A stretch of DNA of 64,000 nucleotides, taken from the NCBI RefSeq assembly GCF_964213995.1, contig NC_135804.1, positions 69,688,001 through 69,752,000 on the forward strand, written 5' to 3'. The position numbers were made by a program, and so were the translations under genes. Below the pieces are notes generated by a model. That model made no database searches. It saw nothing but the letters and a program-made list of their open reading frames with translations, and was not told the DNA's origin. Of this stretch, positions 1 to 12,776 are shown piece by piece; within the stretch, counting starts at the first letter, position 1; each line of letters opens with the position of its first letter. The DNA is from Mustelus asterias (taxonomy: Eukaryota).

Positions 1-339
1 AGCTGCCAGAGGTAGTAGTAGAAGTGGGTGCAATTTTGTATCATAAAGACAGTTACATGGGTAAGATGGATAGAGAGTGATAGGGCCAAACGCAGGCAAT
101 TGGGCTTAATTTAAGGATTTAAAAAAAGGGTGGCATGGACAAGTTGGGCCGGAGGGCCTGTTTCCATGCTGTAAACTGCTATGACTCTACGACTCGACTG
201 AATTGGAATTTCACCAAGTGCCATGGTGGGATTACCCTTGGACTCTGGATTACGAATCCAACAAAAAATGCCAACACTCTATTGTCCCCTCCCCCCACCC
301 TACCCCCTCACCCCCCACCCACGTTTTATCTTTGGAAAG

Positions 340-1460
340 ATAATAGATTGTTATCGTTTATTGTGAGGGGAATTGATCATAGAAATGGGGCCTTCATGCT
401 TCAGTTCGACAGGGCATGGATGTAATCATGTTTAGAGTATTGTGTGCAACATTTGTTTTCGCATTTAATGAAATACGTAAATGTGTTAGGAGCAGTTCAG
501 AGAAGGTTTACTAGATTAATACAAGAGGTGGGCGAGATGTTTTTCGTGGAAAGATTGGACAGGTTAGGTTCATATTCGCTGGAGTAAAGAAGACTAAGAG
601 ATGCCTTGATTGAAATCTTGAAAATCCTTACAGTTTTGACAGGGTGGATGTGGAAGGGATGTTGACACTTTTCAGAGAATCTGGATATAGAGTCATTGTT
701 AAAACAATAAGGGCACGCTCATTTAAGTCAGTGGCTGTCGTGGTTGAATACAGCCGAGTCGCTCGTTGGGTCATTTGAGAGGGCATTTAAGTGTTAAGCA
801 CATTGCGATGTGTCGGGAGTCATTTATATTCCAGATCAGATAAGGACAGCAGGTTTCCTTCCCGAATGGACAATAGTAAATCAGATGGGGTTTTTTACGA
901 CAATCGTGAATGGTTTCATGGTTAGCATTAGACTTTTAATTCCAGATTTATTTTTACACATTTATACAAACACCGCAATGTGCTGAACACTTAAGTGCCC
1001 TCTGAAATGGCGTAACAAGCCATTTAGTTGTATTCAACCACAACAACCACTGGCTTAAATGACCGTACCCCTATTTCTTAATAATGACCCTATATCCACA
1101 TTCTCTGAAAAGTGGCAACATCCTTTCCACATCCACCTTGTAAAAATGGTAAGGATATTTAAGATTTCAATCAAGCCGTCTCTTATTCTTCTCAATTCTA
1201 GCGAATACGAACCTAACCTGATTAGGAGAATTATTTGCTCCCTTAGGGTTGTGAACCTCTGGAACTCTCTTCCTTAAAAGGCAGTGGAAGCAGGCTTTTA
1301 ACATGTTTAAGGCAGAGCTGGATTTATTCTTGATTAACAAGGAGTAAAAGGTTATTTGGCGTCGGCAGAAATATGGGTTTGAGGTTACAATAAAATCAGC
1401 AATCATCTACTTCAATGGTGGAACGGACTCGAGGGCCCGAGTGGCCTAATCCTGCTCTTA
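340..1460 (+). mobile_element. Old degenerate CR1 LINE 3' fragment, interrupted at ~729-1220 by a SINE piece and an inverted duplication
   Basis: Decayed CR1 ORF2 C-terminal motifs (LEYCVQ-like gagtattgtgtgcaa, VQRRFTR-like gttcagagaaggtttactaga, RVVNLWNSLP in ORF 1059-1277) and a CR1-like 3' tail at ~1420-1460. Confidence 0.7.
560..1220. repeat. Diverged inverted duplication, arms ~560-811 and ~970-1220
   Basis: caggttaggttcatattcgc (560) matches the reverse complement of gcgaatacgaacctaacctg (1201-1220); similarity continues ~250 bp across the CR1/SINE junction. Confidence 0.8.
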
Positions 1461-1795
1461 ATCCCTATCTTCATATTGTACACAGGGTTCATCATGTTGA
1501 CTTCAGTCCACTCTTCCACCACTTCCGTAAATCATCGCCATCTTTGAAACTATCTCGTAAGTGTGCCCTCTGCAATTGTGTCATCAGCAAACTCAGTAAA
1601 TCCTGAAACTGACTTACTGCTGAAAGTTCAGCCGAAGCCCAGATCAACAGATCTTTTAAATGTGTGAACGTGCTATTGGAATGTGGATTGCTAAGTGAAT
1701 GCATTGCTATGAGAGATGATTTGAAAGTGTATCTTTGGTGTCATACGCTTGTATGACAGCAACTGGGGGACTCTGAATAGAGATCTGCAAACACT

Positions 1796-2836
1796 GGGCC
1801 CGATTTTACTATTGCGTCGCACCCGTTTCCGGGTTCAAAAACTTGCTAAATTCGGGCATGAGGTGATTAGCACGATCCGTGCCCACATCCGCACAGGTGC
1901 CCACTTTACCAAGGCCCGCAAATGGCTGCAATCCGAACCGTGCTCAAAACGGGTGCAATGGCTATTTAAATGCAGTTGCATGCATTTAAATTGAATTAAT
2001 GAGCTTGATGCCCAATCCTTACCAGCATTTCCCCCTTTACCTTCGTGTTCGCCCGTCCAGATTCGGCGCGAAACAGACATGCTCAGCAAAGGTCTGTTTT
2101 GGGCGCTCCAGCTTCTGAGGAGGTAAGTTCAGAGCTTCCGACGGCTCTCTAACTCGGATCGCTGGTTGGGACGGCGGCGGGGGGGGGGGGGGGGGAGCGA
2201 TGGGGAGGGAGAGAGTGAGAGGAGGGCCAGATCATTCTCTGGTGAGGGGGAGGGAGGAACAGGCGGGGCAGATCATTCTCTGGTGGGGGGGAGGCCCAAT
2301 CATTCTCTGGTGGGGGAGGGGGGGGCGGTGGGGAGGACGAGGAGGGAGGCCAGATCGCTTTCTGGTGGTGAAGGGAACAGGGGAGGGTGTGGAGGATGAA
2401 GAGGGAAGGAGGCCAGATCGTTCTCTCTTGGGGGGACAGGGAGGGACGACTGCCACTCTGCGGGCAGATCAGTCTGCGTAGCGGGGATGGGGGTGTCAAT
2501 AAGGGGGACCATTATGTTGTGGGGGTGGGGCGATGTCTGTGGGGGCCATCACTCCTACTTTTCGCTCCCGAGCCGCTTTATCTGCTTTTTGCGGCCTGGG
2601 AGTGACGTGACAGGAGAGCGTTTTTCTATATTTTTTCACTGCGCATGCGCAGTTCAAAGCTCCGGTCGGAGCTGCAGCGTTTCGGGCGTGATAAGCCCCA
2701 CCCATAATGCAATTCAGACCTGCGGTCTTTTTTTTCAGGCTGAGTGTGTATGGGGGCGCCTGAGAGTAGTTTTCCAAGTTGAATCGGAATTGCGCCCAGA
2801 TTCAGGACTCAGAATGAAAATGGTAAAATTGGACCC
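1796..2836. mobile_element. Non-autonomous PIF/Harbinger-type DNA transposon (1041 bp)
   Basis: Imperfect 17-bp TIRs GGGCCCGATTTTACTAT / ATGGTAAAATTGGACCC; 3-bp TSD ACT (1793-1795, 2837-2839); internal G-rich repeats ggccagatcattctctggtgggg at ~2220-2440. Confidence 0.8.
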
Positions 2837-3714
2837 ACTGTGTCTCAAATGAGATCTGCAAATATGTGTGCTAGTGAGATAATTGTAGCTTCAAATGTAC
2901 ATTGTCATGTTTGTTGACCGTAAACCTGTGTGTTTAGGTTATCCTAAATGAGGAGCAACTGAGTATTATATTATAATCCATATTTCATTTTTAATGATTT
3001 TTTTTCTTGATGTTGAAACTAATTAGCCGTCCTGTGACTCTGTTCCCCCACATTTGATGAACGAAAAAGATACTGACTTTTCAACCAGGGTTCCATTCTG
3101 GGATTTTCCCATACAGCTATGATATTGTTGGAATCGTAATAGGTCCAGTTTCGTAGGTAGATTTGAGCAGCTGAGACTGTTCTGCTTGGAGAAGAGTAGG
3201 TTCTGAAGAGATTTGATCCTGCCAGTCAAAGCAATGAGCACAATTTGCAACATGGATAGAGAAATTGTTCTCAATGATAGAAAGCTCGATAATCAGAAGG
3301 CTTATAGTTCAGAAGAAATAATGGTAACAGAAGGGTTTTATTTCACACTGAGGTGTTTAAGCTCCGGAATACATTGTTTGAACGGATAGTGGAGGCAGGC
3401 AGTTTGAATTACAACATCAAAAAGAGTGATGATCTGCAGAGGAGAAATGGGGACGACAAGTTGATAGTACTAGAAAAAGGGGAATTGCTGTTCCAGAGTG
3501 TCAACATATAAACAATGGGTTGAAAGGCCCCATTTGTGTTGACACCTTTCTGCGTTTCAGTGGTTGCAAATAGCAGCTAATTTGAATTATCTGATATCAG
3601 TTCCATTCAGATTAAAGATAACAAGGAGAAATAGTTTACAGGTCAAGAAGCAAAAAAAAGTTGTAAATTTATTAAAATAAAAATAAATTTAAAACTATTT
3701 AAATAAATTAGGGA

Positions 3715-6302
3715 TAGAGGGCCAGGTATTGTACCTGCATGATATGGGAGATGGTGGTAACCACATCTGTGGTAAGTGTTGGTTGCTTGAAGAACTCCAG
3801 CTCAGATTTGATGAGATGGAGTCTGAACTTTGGATGCTGCAACACATCAGGGAGGGGGAGAGGTATCAGGACGTTGTGTTTCAAGAGGCAGTCGCTCCCC
3901 TTAGATTAACTACCTTTATTGGATTCGACCACAGGTCAGAAACAGGAGGGTTTGGTTGTGAGTAAGGTAGGTAGAGAGATCCAAGAGTCAGAATTGCAAA
4001 AGCCTCAGCCCTTGTCCTTGTCCAATAGGTTTGAGGTTCTTGCTCTCTATGTGAACAAGAGTGGTGATTGTTGGGAAGATGTGCAATATGATCACAGCAC
4101 CGTGGTATCGGGAACAATACAAGTTGGCGTGGGGGGGGGTAAGAGGAGAGAAATGTGATCGTAAGTGGGTATAGTATGGTTAGGGGCACAGGCACGCTTC
4201 TCTGTGACCAGGATGGAGAGTCTCATGGGTTGCATGGCCTACTTAGTGCCAAGGTTAGGGATATCTCATCTGGGTTGCAGAGGACCTTGGAATGGGAGGA
4301 TAAAGATTCTGTTGTCATGGGCCGTGGGTCCAAATTAAAAACCAGAGCAAAAATGATAATAATCTCCTCGTGATTACCTGAGCCACGAACTAATTGACAC
4401 AGAATCAATAAGATTAAAAAGGTAAATGCGTTGCTCAAAGGTTGGTGTGCTGCAAATTATTTTGAATTGATAGGACATTAGCACGAGTGCGGGAAAAGGA
4501 GGGACTGTTCCGATGGAATGTTTTTCACCTGAATCATGCTGGGCAATTGCATAACTCAGGCTGTAGATAGGGTTTTCAACTAAGTAGCGGGGAGGGTTGA
4601 GTCGGATGGAAAATTAGAAAATCAAAATTAAAGGAAGTGGTAGCAGTGCAGGCGAGTGATTGTTACCAGAAAGTAAAAGGAAGAGACAATTCGTGTGACT
4701 GTCATTTAGCAGCAGGCATTAAACAGAGTAGAGATATTCGACAATAGAGCAAAAGTAAAGGTTTTGTGACTGAATGTATGAGCATATAGAACAAAATTAA
4801 TGACTTAACAGTGTTAATTGAGACAAAGCGATATGATTTGGTAACGATTACTGGTACATGGTTACAAGGAGACCAAGTCTGGGATCTGTATGGCTTTTCA
4901 TTTGAAGGAAGGGATCAGTGCTGTCGTGAGAAATTATATTAGCATTGGAGATCAAGCTGTGGAATCAGTCCGGATACAAATAAGAAATAGCAGTGGAAAT
5001 ATGTTTCTGGTGGAGTAATCTATAGGTGCCCACAAAACAGTTCTGCAGTGGGGCACAGTATAAACCAAGAAATATTGGGAGCTTGTAAGAAAGATATGCC
5101 AGTAATCATAGTTGATTTTAATCTGCACATATCCTGGATTAATCAAATTGGCAGGGGTAGCCTCGAGGGAGAGTTCATTGAATGTATTAGAGATTGGTTC
5201 TTGCAGCAATATGTTGTGGAAACAACGAGGGAGCAGACTAGACTGAATCATTATTCTATATTCCCCCACGACCACCACTACCCCTCTTTCAATCCATTTT
5301 GCTCTCTGGAATATATTTTAATTATAAGGAATTGAACATCTCCCTAAAAAACGGCCGTAGTTTAAGGCAGTTTCTTTAAGCTGCATTTAATTAATTAATT
5401 ACCTCATAGTGAAGGATGCTCCACGGAAAAGTGATCATAGTACGATGGAATTCAAAATTCAGTTTGAGTGCGAGACACTGGAGTCCCGCACTCGCATTCT
5501 GGAGTTAAACAAAGGTATTTACATAGGCATGAGGACAGACTTGACCCTAGTAGGTTAGGCAGGAAGGCTAAAAATAGGGCAGTTGATGCCCAGTGGTAGT
5601 TTTAAAAGGAAATATTCAGTTACTCCTAACTAATATATTTTCCAGAGAGGGGCATTTATATGTAAAGAGGTAGAGTATAAAAATAAGATACTATTGCTTC
5701 AACTAGACAAGGCATTGGTGACACAATATCTGGAGTACTGTGTATAGATTTGGTCCCCTTTTTTGAGGAAGGATTTAGTACCATTAGAGGCAGTTCAGCT
5801 GAGGTGCTTTCACTTTATTCCAAAGATGAGGGATTTATCATATGAATAGAAACTGAGCAGTTCAGGCCTCTACAATCTGGTGTTTTGAAGAATGAGAGGA
5901 GATCTAATTGAAGTTTATAAGGTGATTCAAGATTGAGACAAAGGAGCCATAGAGTGGATGCTTCCTCTTGTAAAGCAATCATGAACAAGATTTCATGGTT
6001 TTAGGATAAAGGCTAACAGACTTAAAACAGAGATTAGGAGACATTACTTCTTTCAAAGGGTTGTGAATCTGTACAATTCATTGCCCCAAAGTGCGGTTGA
6101 TGTCGAGTCATTGAGTCAATATAAGGAGGATTCAGACCTTTTTTAAATTAGAAATGGGTTGAAGGGATGTGGAGAACAGGGAGGTTGAGGTGAACAGTGG
6201 TGTTGAGGTGAAGATGTGATTAGTCATGATCATATTGAATGGCAAAGCAGGCGCAAGGCGCTGAATTGTGTATTTCTGCTTATAGCTCTTATGGTCTTAT
6301 GT
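3715..6302 (+). mobile_element. Degenerate, internally deleted near-full-length CR1 LINE
   Basis: ORF1 remnants (HICGKCWLLEELQLR; LSNRFEVL; esterase-like IVSGYSMVRG), endonuclease remnant (IVDFNLHISW...FLQQYVVETTRE), ORF2 C-terminus and 3' tail ending tcttatggtcttatg; many stops and frameshifts. Confidence 0.8.
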
Positions 6303-6669
6303 CCCAATAAAAACTGAAACTGCTGATGCAATCAAATGATATGTGCATATTCTGGATTGTCCAGTCTCAACGTGAAAAATTAAATTCATGTTTCTCCTAA
6401 TTGTTCCCACACTTCGAATTCAGTAGAATATCTCAAAAAAACTCGGATTGTGCATTTGCAATTCATCAAATAACCAACTGCATGGGAATATGCCGGAAAA
6501 AGTCGATAGAAGTAACAGAAGGTTTCATTTGTCGGTTTTTCTCCGTGTTCAAAGTGGGTGGGCAGTAAAATCACACAAAATGACCTTCGGACGGCCTGCA
6601 GAACGAAACACATTTATCGTGTAAGGCCAAGTTGCGAATGGCACTGTACGTTGTGCAATCATCAGCAAA

Positions 6670-8740
6670 CATTCCAATTCTGACCATATTATGGAAGGAA
6701 GGTAATTGATGAAGCAGCTTGAAGATGGCTGGACCTAGGACACTACCCTGAGAAACTCCTGCTTTGGTGTCCTGGAGCTGGGATGAATTATCTTAAAAAA
6801 ATACAACCATCTTCCTTTGTGTCAAATATGACTTTAACTAATAGAGAGTTCTCCTCCTGACTCGCATTGACCACAGTTTGACTGGGGGTCCTTGACGGTT
6901 CACTCGATCAAATGCGCCTTTGACGTCAAGGGCTGTCACTATCTGCTCACCCCTTAAGTTGAGCTTTGTTGTCCATATTTGAAACAAGGCTATAATGATG
7001 CCTTAAATTGAGTGTCCTCAGCAGAACTCAAGCTGAGCATCGGAGAGCAAGTTGTTCCTGAGTAAGCACCACTTGATTGCATAACCCTCAACAACTTTCA
7101 TCACTTTTCTCGTGATTGAGAGTAAGCCGATGGGGCAGTGCTTGGTAAGACTGGATCTGTCTTGCTTTCTGTGTACCATAAATATCTGGGCAATTTTGCA
7201 CACTGCTGGAGATGCCTGTGTTGTTGCTATATTGGAACAGCTTGATTAGGGCTATTTAATTTTGGAGTACAGATCTTCAGGGCCATCTGTCTGGGTCCAT
7301 AGATGTTGCTGTATCCAGTGATTTCAGTCAGTTATTGGCTTCAGGTGAAGTGAACTGAATTGGTTGAAGACTCGTATCTGTGATGCTACAGAAGACCAAG
7401 GTGGATCTTCCACTCGGTGCTTTTGGCTGAAGGTTGTTTCAAATGCGTCAAACATTTATTTTGAACTGAGGTGTTGGCCCTTTCGCATCACCCCCCCCCC
7501 ACCCCGCCCCCAATCACTGCATCTTCCCCTTCCATTGAATTGTTTAATTGTCCATCACCATTCATGAATCAACTTGACATCAATGCATAGCTTCGATCCA
7601 AACTCATGGTTGTGGGATAACTGGGCTCTGTTTATTACATGCTGCTTCCGATAATTGGCATACAAGCAATCCTGTATGGTAGCTTCACCAGTTTGACAGT
7701 TCAGTTTTCGGTATGCCTGCTGCGGCCAGTGGCGGATTAACTACCACCCAGACCTCTCGGCTGAGCTATAGTAAGGCCCCCTGACCTTGCCCCCTGCCCC
7801 ACCCTTCGTTGAATAGAATAAAATGACGTTAAGTGTCGGTAGATAACATATCGTTGTACTATGTATAATGTACTACATGTATAATATCATAAAGTTGTAT
7901 GAATCAATTACAGCCCTTTTATTCATTTATTTTTCATTTTCTTTACATTCGTGCTTTAAAAAGCTTCCGTGTTTTTTTGGTTGACAAAAGTGTCGATAAC
8001 AGCATGTAAATCAATATATCGAAGCATGTCTGATTTAATGTGCATGTGTGCCAGATGACTATGTTTCTCATCGCTCATTGTTGAGCGCAAATAGATTTTG
8101 ATCCTCTTCAGTGCCGAAAATGAACGCTCACCTGAACAGTTAGTGATTTTATTTGCTCTCGGGCCCCCCTCCCTTCTGGGCCCCTGGGCTGAAGCCTACT
8201 CAGCCTAATGGTTAATCCGCCACTGGCTGCGGCGTCTGACATGCCCTTCTTGCACGGTTCATTAAATCATGGTTAATTCCCCAGTTGATGGCAATGGTAG
8301 AGAGGAGCTATGCAGCGCCATGGCATTGCCAATTGTAGGTGTGCAAAACTCTGCTGCTGCTGAAGGTCCACAGTGCCTCGTGGATATATAGTTTTGAGTT
8401 ACTAAATCTATTCAAAGTCTTTCCAATTTCGCACAAGGAGAGTACCACACAAAATGGTGGAGGATATCCACAATATGAAGGAAGGATTTAATCACCACAA
8501 GAACTGTGTGAAGGTCACTGCTATACTGTAATTGGCAGATACAAGAGCAACAGAATATGGGTGATCACGAGTTCTAGGACGTTTCTCCCTCATGCCTTTT
8601 GCCTCACCATCTGCTGAAGAACCTGTCCAGCAGATATGCCCTTCAGGACTTGTCAACTCGATCATTATTGGTGAGATGGGGCCAATCCTGTTGATAGATA
8701 TTGAAGACCCCACCTACAAAATGTTCTATGTTTCCTCCAT
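6670..8740 (-). mobile_element. Old degenerate non-LTR retrotransposon ORF2 fragment (CR1/L2 group)
   Basis: Minus-strand remnants KIAQIFMVHRKQDRSSLTKHCPIGLLSITRKVM and a GVSQGSVLGP-like motif at ~6730-6760; hosts the hAT insertion at 7727. Confidence 0.65.
7727..8225 (-). mobile_element. Non-autonomous hAT (Tip100/Zaphod-like) deletion derivative, copy 1, 499 bp
   Basis: 15-bp perfect TIR CAGTGGCGGATTAAC/GTTAATCCGCCACTG; 8-bp TSD GCTGCGGC (7719-7726, 8226-8233); minus strand encodes a hAT dimerisation-domain remnant CSGERSFSALKRIKIYLRSTMSDEK. Confidence 0.92.
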
Positions 8741-9032
8741 TGTTTAATTCATTCTTGAGATCCCTGGTTAGGCCAGCATTTATTGCCCACCGCTAAGTGA
8801 TCTTGAGAAAATGGTGGTGGGCCACTGCAGTCCAAATATGATTGTACACCCACAGTGCAGTTCGGAACAGAGTTTCAACATTTTGACCCAGTGATATTGA
8901 AAGAACGCCTATGTAGTTCCAAATCAGGATAGTGGTTGTCTCTAAGTGGAAATTAGAGGCATTAGTATTCCCATGTGACTGCTGACGTTATCCATCTGAA
9001 TGGTGCATTGGAAGATGCTATCTAAGGAATTG

Positions 9033-10118
9033 AACAAAGAACAAAAAACAAAGAACGTTACAGCACAGGAACAGGCCCTTCGGCCCTCGAAGCCTGCACC
9101 GACCATGTTGCCTGACTTAACGAAAACCCCCGACACTTCCAGGGACCATATCCCTCTATTCCCATCTCATTCATGTAATTGTCAAGACGCCCCTTAAAAG
9201 TCACTATCGTATCCGCTTCCACTACCTCCCCCGGCAACGAGTTCCAGGCACCCACCACTCTCTGTGTAAAACATCTGCCTCGTACATCTCTTTTAAAACT
9301 TGCCACTTGCACCTTTCACCTATGCCCCCTAGTAAATAACTCTTCCACCCGGGGAAAAAGCTTCTGACTATCCACTCTGTCCATGCCTCTCATAATCTTG
9401 TAGACTTCTATCAGGTCTCCCCTCAAATTCTGCCGCTCCAGTGAGAACAAACCAAGTTTCTCCGACCTCCCCTCATAGCTAATGCCCTCCATACGAGGCA
9501 ACATCCTGGTAAATCTGTTCTGTACCCTCTCCAAAACGTCCACATCCTTCTGTTAGTGCGGCGACCAGAATTGAACACTATATTCCAAGTGTGGCCTCAC
9601 TAAGGTTCTATAAAGCGTCAACATGACTTGCCAATTTTTTAACTAAATACGCCAACTGATGAAGGCAAGCATGCCGTATGCCGTCTTGACTACCTTCTCC
9701 ACCTGCATTGCCACTTTCAGTGACCTGTGTACCTGTACACCCAGATCCCTTTGCCTATCAATACTCTTAAGGGTTCTGCCATTTACTGTATATTTCCTAT
9801 CTGTATTAGACGTTCCAAAATGCATTCCCTCACATTTGTCCGGATTAAACTCCATCTGCCATCGCTCTGCCCAAGTCTCCAACTGATCTATATCCTGCAG
9901 TATCCTCTGATGGTCCTCATCGCTATCCGCAAATCCACCAACATTTGTGACGTCCGCAGACTTACTAATCAATCCAGTTACATTTTCCTCCAAATCATTT
10001 ATATATATTACAAACAGCAAAGGTCCCAGCACTGATCCCTAAAGAACATCACTTGTCACAGCCCTCCATTCAGAAACGCACCCTTCCACTGCTACCCTCT
10101 GTCTTCTTTAACCGAGCC
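9033..10118 (-). mobile_element. 5'-truncated CR1 LINE
   Basis: RT and C-terminal remnants (LGPLLFVIYINDLEE, WQMEFNPDKC, FTQRVVGAWNSLP); (gttcttt)n-type tail; probable TSD AATTG (9028-9032, 10119-10123). Confidence 0.9.
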
Positions 10119-10509
10119 AATTGCTGCAATGTATCGTGTAGATGGTGCACTGCGTGTTAGTGATGGAGGGAATGAATATTTGTGGATAGGGTGCCAATAA
10201 ATTAGGGTGCTTTATCCTGGATGATGTCAAGCTTCTTGCAATGTTGCTGGAGCTGCATTCATCCAGGCAAGTGCAAAATATTCTATCAGAATCCTTTAGG
10301 ATTCTGAAGCGGAATTACCTTTGGCTGGATTCCTAGCTTCAGGTCTGTCATTACAACCACAGTATACAGTTGGCTAGTCCAGTTAAGTTTCTGGTCACTC
10401 TTAACTCCACAGCAGCCACCAGAACTGAAGATGCTGTTTCTTATTCTGGCACTGAGAATGATGCCATGTGGTCTCTCCTATTTCCTTTCATTTGTAGCTT
10501 AGTGGGTTG

Positions 10510-11369
10510 TGTGACGCTAATGTGCCTTCAAGAAATATACATTTTCAATCATGTTCTCTGCAGTTTGTAGCAGACCTTTTGGTTTCATTGTGGCACCAGC
10601 TGCCTGTTCCGCAGTCCTTTTGTTGCTGCTTAAATGGCTTAAATGGGGTTTTGTTTACTTTTACTCTGGGCCTCAGGTACTTTCTGGGGGGTTTTTTACG
10701 ATCCTGAATTGTTGCAGGAAGAGTTCTTTGCAGGTCAGGTGACAGGAGTTCTTTCATTTTCAGTTGTGGGCTGCTGGCTGCTGTTTTAGTTTAGAAGGTA
10801 CTTGGACATCAGACGAAAAAGCAGTGTTCCTCTTTCTCTCTCCTTAGCATTGTAAATTCTGCTGGCTCGCTGGAAGCAGGTTTTCTTGCCTTCCTCGAGT
10901 GAGAATTCTGCCTCTTGCAGTGGTTTACTGGCTGAAAGCTAGAGGCCAGTAGTGGCATTATCTCTACTTCGAGGGCTGCTGGACGTTACAAGACTGGGAA
11001 GTCAGAGTTTTAATTCTCCAACCAAACGGCTAAGTTCCAGCATCATGTGAGCATTCGTATTTTCTGGCTGAACCTGTGGCAAGGGTTTTTTTTTAAGGAG
11101 GTTTGTTTGGTGGAACGTTTCATATATTTGTCAAGGGTTATACAATATCATGGTTGTTTTTTTTCTTGCTTGTAACTGGTAAAGGTTATTGCTATATGTT
11201 AACTGTATCCTTAAATAAACGTCGTTCGATAAATGTTTTCCAGTGGATCAGTTGAATCATACTTGAACTGGAATATCACATGCTTACTCTAGCCAAATTC
11301 AAATTGCAAAACCTATGATCCAGGCGGACTTCATAAAACATTTTGGAGTTTCTGACCTGAATTACAACA
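10510..11369 (+). mobile_element. Solo LTR (860 bp) of an LTR retrotransposon or ERV
   Basis: Begins TGTGACG and ends ACAACA; 4-bp TSD GTTG (10506-10509, 11370-11373); AATAAA at 11214-11219; no credible coding content. Confidence 0.7.
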
Positions 11370-12068
11370 GTTGTTAGTCCATTACAGAGGGTAGTTAGGC
11401 GTCAACAACATTGCTGTGCGCCTGTAGTTACATGCAAGTCAGACCAGGTACAGATGGCAGATTTCCTTCTCTACAGGACATTATTATACCAGATGGGTGA
11501 TCATGTTATGACCGAAACGAGCTTTTTTATTCTCGATATGTAAATGATTTGAAATTCCACAGCTGCCGTGGTGGAATTCAAATGGTGATGCAGCCAGTCA
11601 GAGTTGACACCGGCTGAGTAGACGTCCCCTCCCAAATACTCACAAATGTAGCCATCTGAGATCTGTGGGGAACTCACATTAATGGAACGGACCAGATCAT
11701 TAAGGTATCTCTGGCACTGCTGCCACATTCTCGAGACAGCCCCAACAGTTGCTCGCTTCCCTTCTGTTGGTATCATTTAAATGTGATTCTTAGTTTATAG
11801 AACTTTATTTCAAAGCAGTCCGGTTAGGCATTAGAATGCAAAATATATGAATGAACGACAGTCAATGGGTTTATGTCGCGGCTGACCTATTGTGAACCAA
11901 AAGCAGTATGTATGTGGCAACATATTTTGGAGCCCATTGTCCAATCACATGGACCTTTATACAGCTGACTTCAGGTCATCAAGTACAGCTAATTTCCCCT
12001 CTGCACTCCATTTCTGCTCGATTACTGATGTTTGTATTCAACAAGGAAATAGTTGGGTTTTTTTTACA

Positions 12069-12167
12069 AACAAAGAACAAAGAACAATACAGCACAGGAA
12101 CAGGCCCTTCGGCCCTCCAAGCCCGCGCCGCTCCCCGGTCCAGGATTGAATCCTGAATCCAGGATCC
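12069..12167 (-). mobile_element. 3'-terminal ~100 bp of the minus-strand CR1 copy whose body is at 17254-18692
   Basis: Reverse complement of 17159-17253; joins seamlessly to 17254 across the duplicated GATCC. Confidence 0.9.
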
Positions 12168-12602
12168 TTTGTTTAACTGGAGTGAGACTGGGGGAGAGAG
12201 TCTTAGCAGGAGTGCTGAGAGTAAGCTAAGAAGTGATTTAATTATTCATTTATTCATTTAAGGGTATTCCTAGTATATTTCGCGGGCTTTTTTCAGGGTT
12301 TTGAATTGAGGAAGTGAGGTCAGCTGAAGGGGATTCTGGGAGGTTGAGTCTTAGTATAAAAGGCAGTTACCTGGGGGGTTCGATCTCTTTGTTTAACTGG
12401 AGTGAGACTGGGGGAGAGAGTCTTAGCAGGAGTGCTGAGAGTAAGCTAAGAAGTGATTTAATTATTCATTTATTCATTTAAGGGTATTCCTAGTATATTT
12501 CGCGGGCTTTTTTCAGGGTTTTGAATTGAGGAAGTGAGGTCAGCTGAAGGGGATTCTGGGAGGTTGAGTCTTAGTATAAAAGGCAGTTACTTGGGAGGTT
12601 CG
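12168..12602 (+). repeat. Two tandem 220-bp monomers in the CR1 5'UTR (putative internal promoter)
   Basis: 12168-12387 is repeated almost exactly from 12388; each unit has GAGGAAGTG (ETS-type) and TATAAAA (12355, 12575). Confidence 0.9.
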
Positions 12603-12776
12603 TCGGGAGCATAAAAAGCCGTCTGCACTATACAGCGGGCAGCGTCGGGAGCGGGCAGTGGAGTGAGGGGGTAGCAGAGTGTGCATTATAAGAGCTTTGG
12701 CTCACAGGGCTTAGGCTGAAAGGGCGAGGCAAGGCTAGTTATTTTTTACCCAACCCTATAAAGGATAAGGGCAGGT

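Noticed and set aside
2149-2512. Overlapping Pro/Gly-rich ORFs (also 38791-39255 and 60575-61144)
   Set aside because: Artefacts of G/C-rich low-complexity repeats inside DNA transposons.
6386-6613. Minus-strand ORF with a good acceptor (tttcgttctgcag) as an exon of a second gene; similar candidates at 1492-1704, 11501-11776, 37760-37870, 38239-38277 and 46361-46460
   Set aside because: No recognisable domain, and I could not join them into a consistent frame; they cannot be excluded without RNA-seq.
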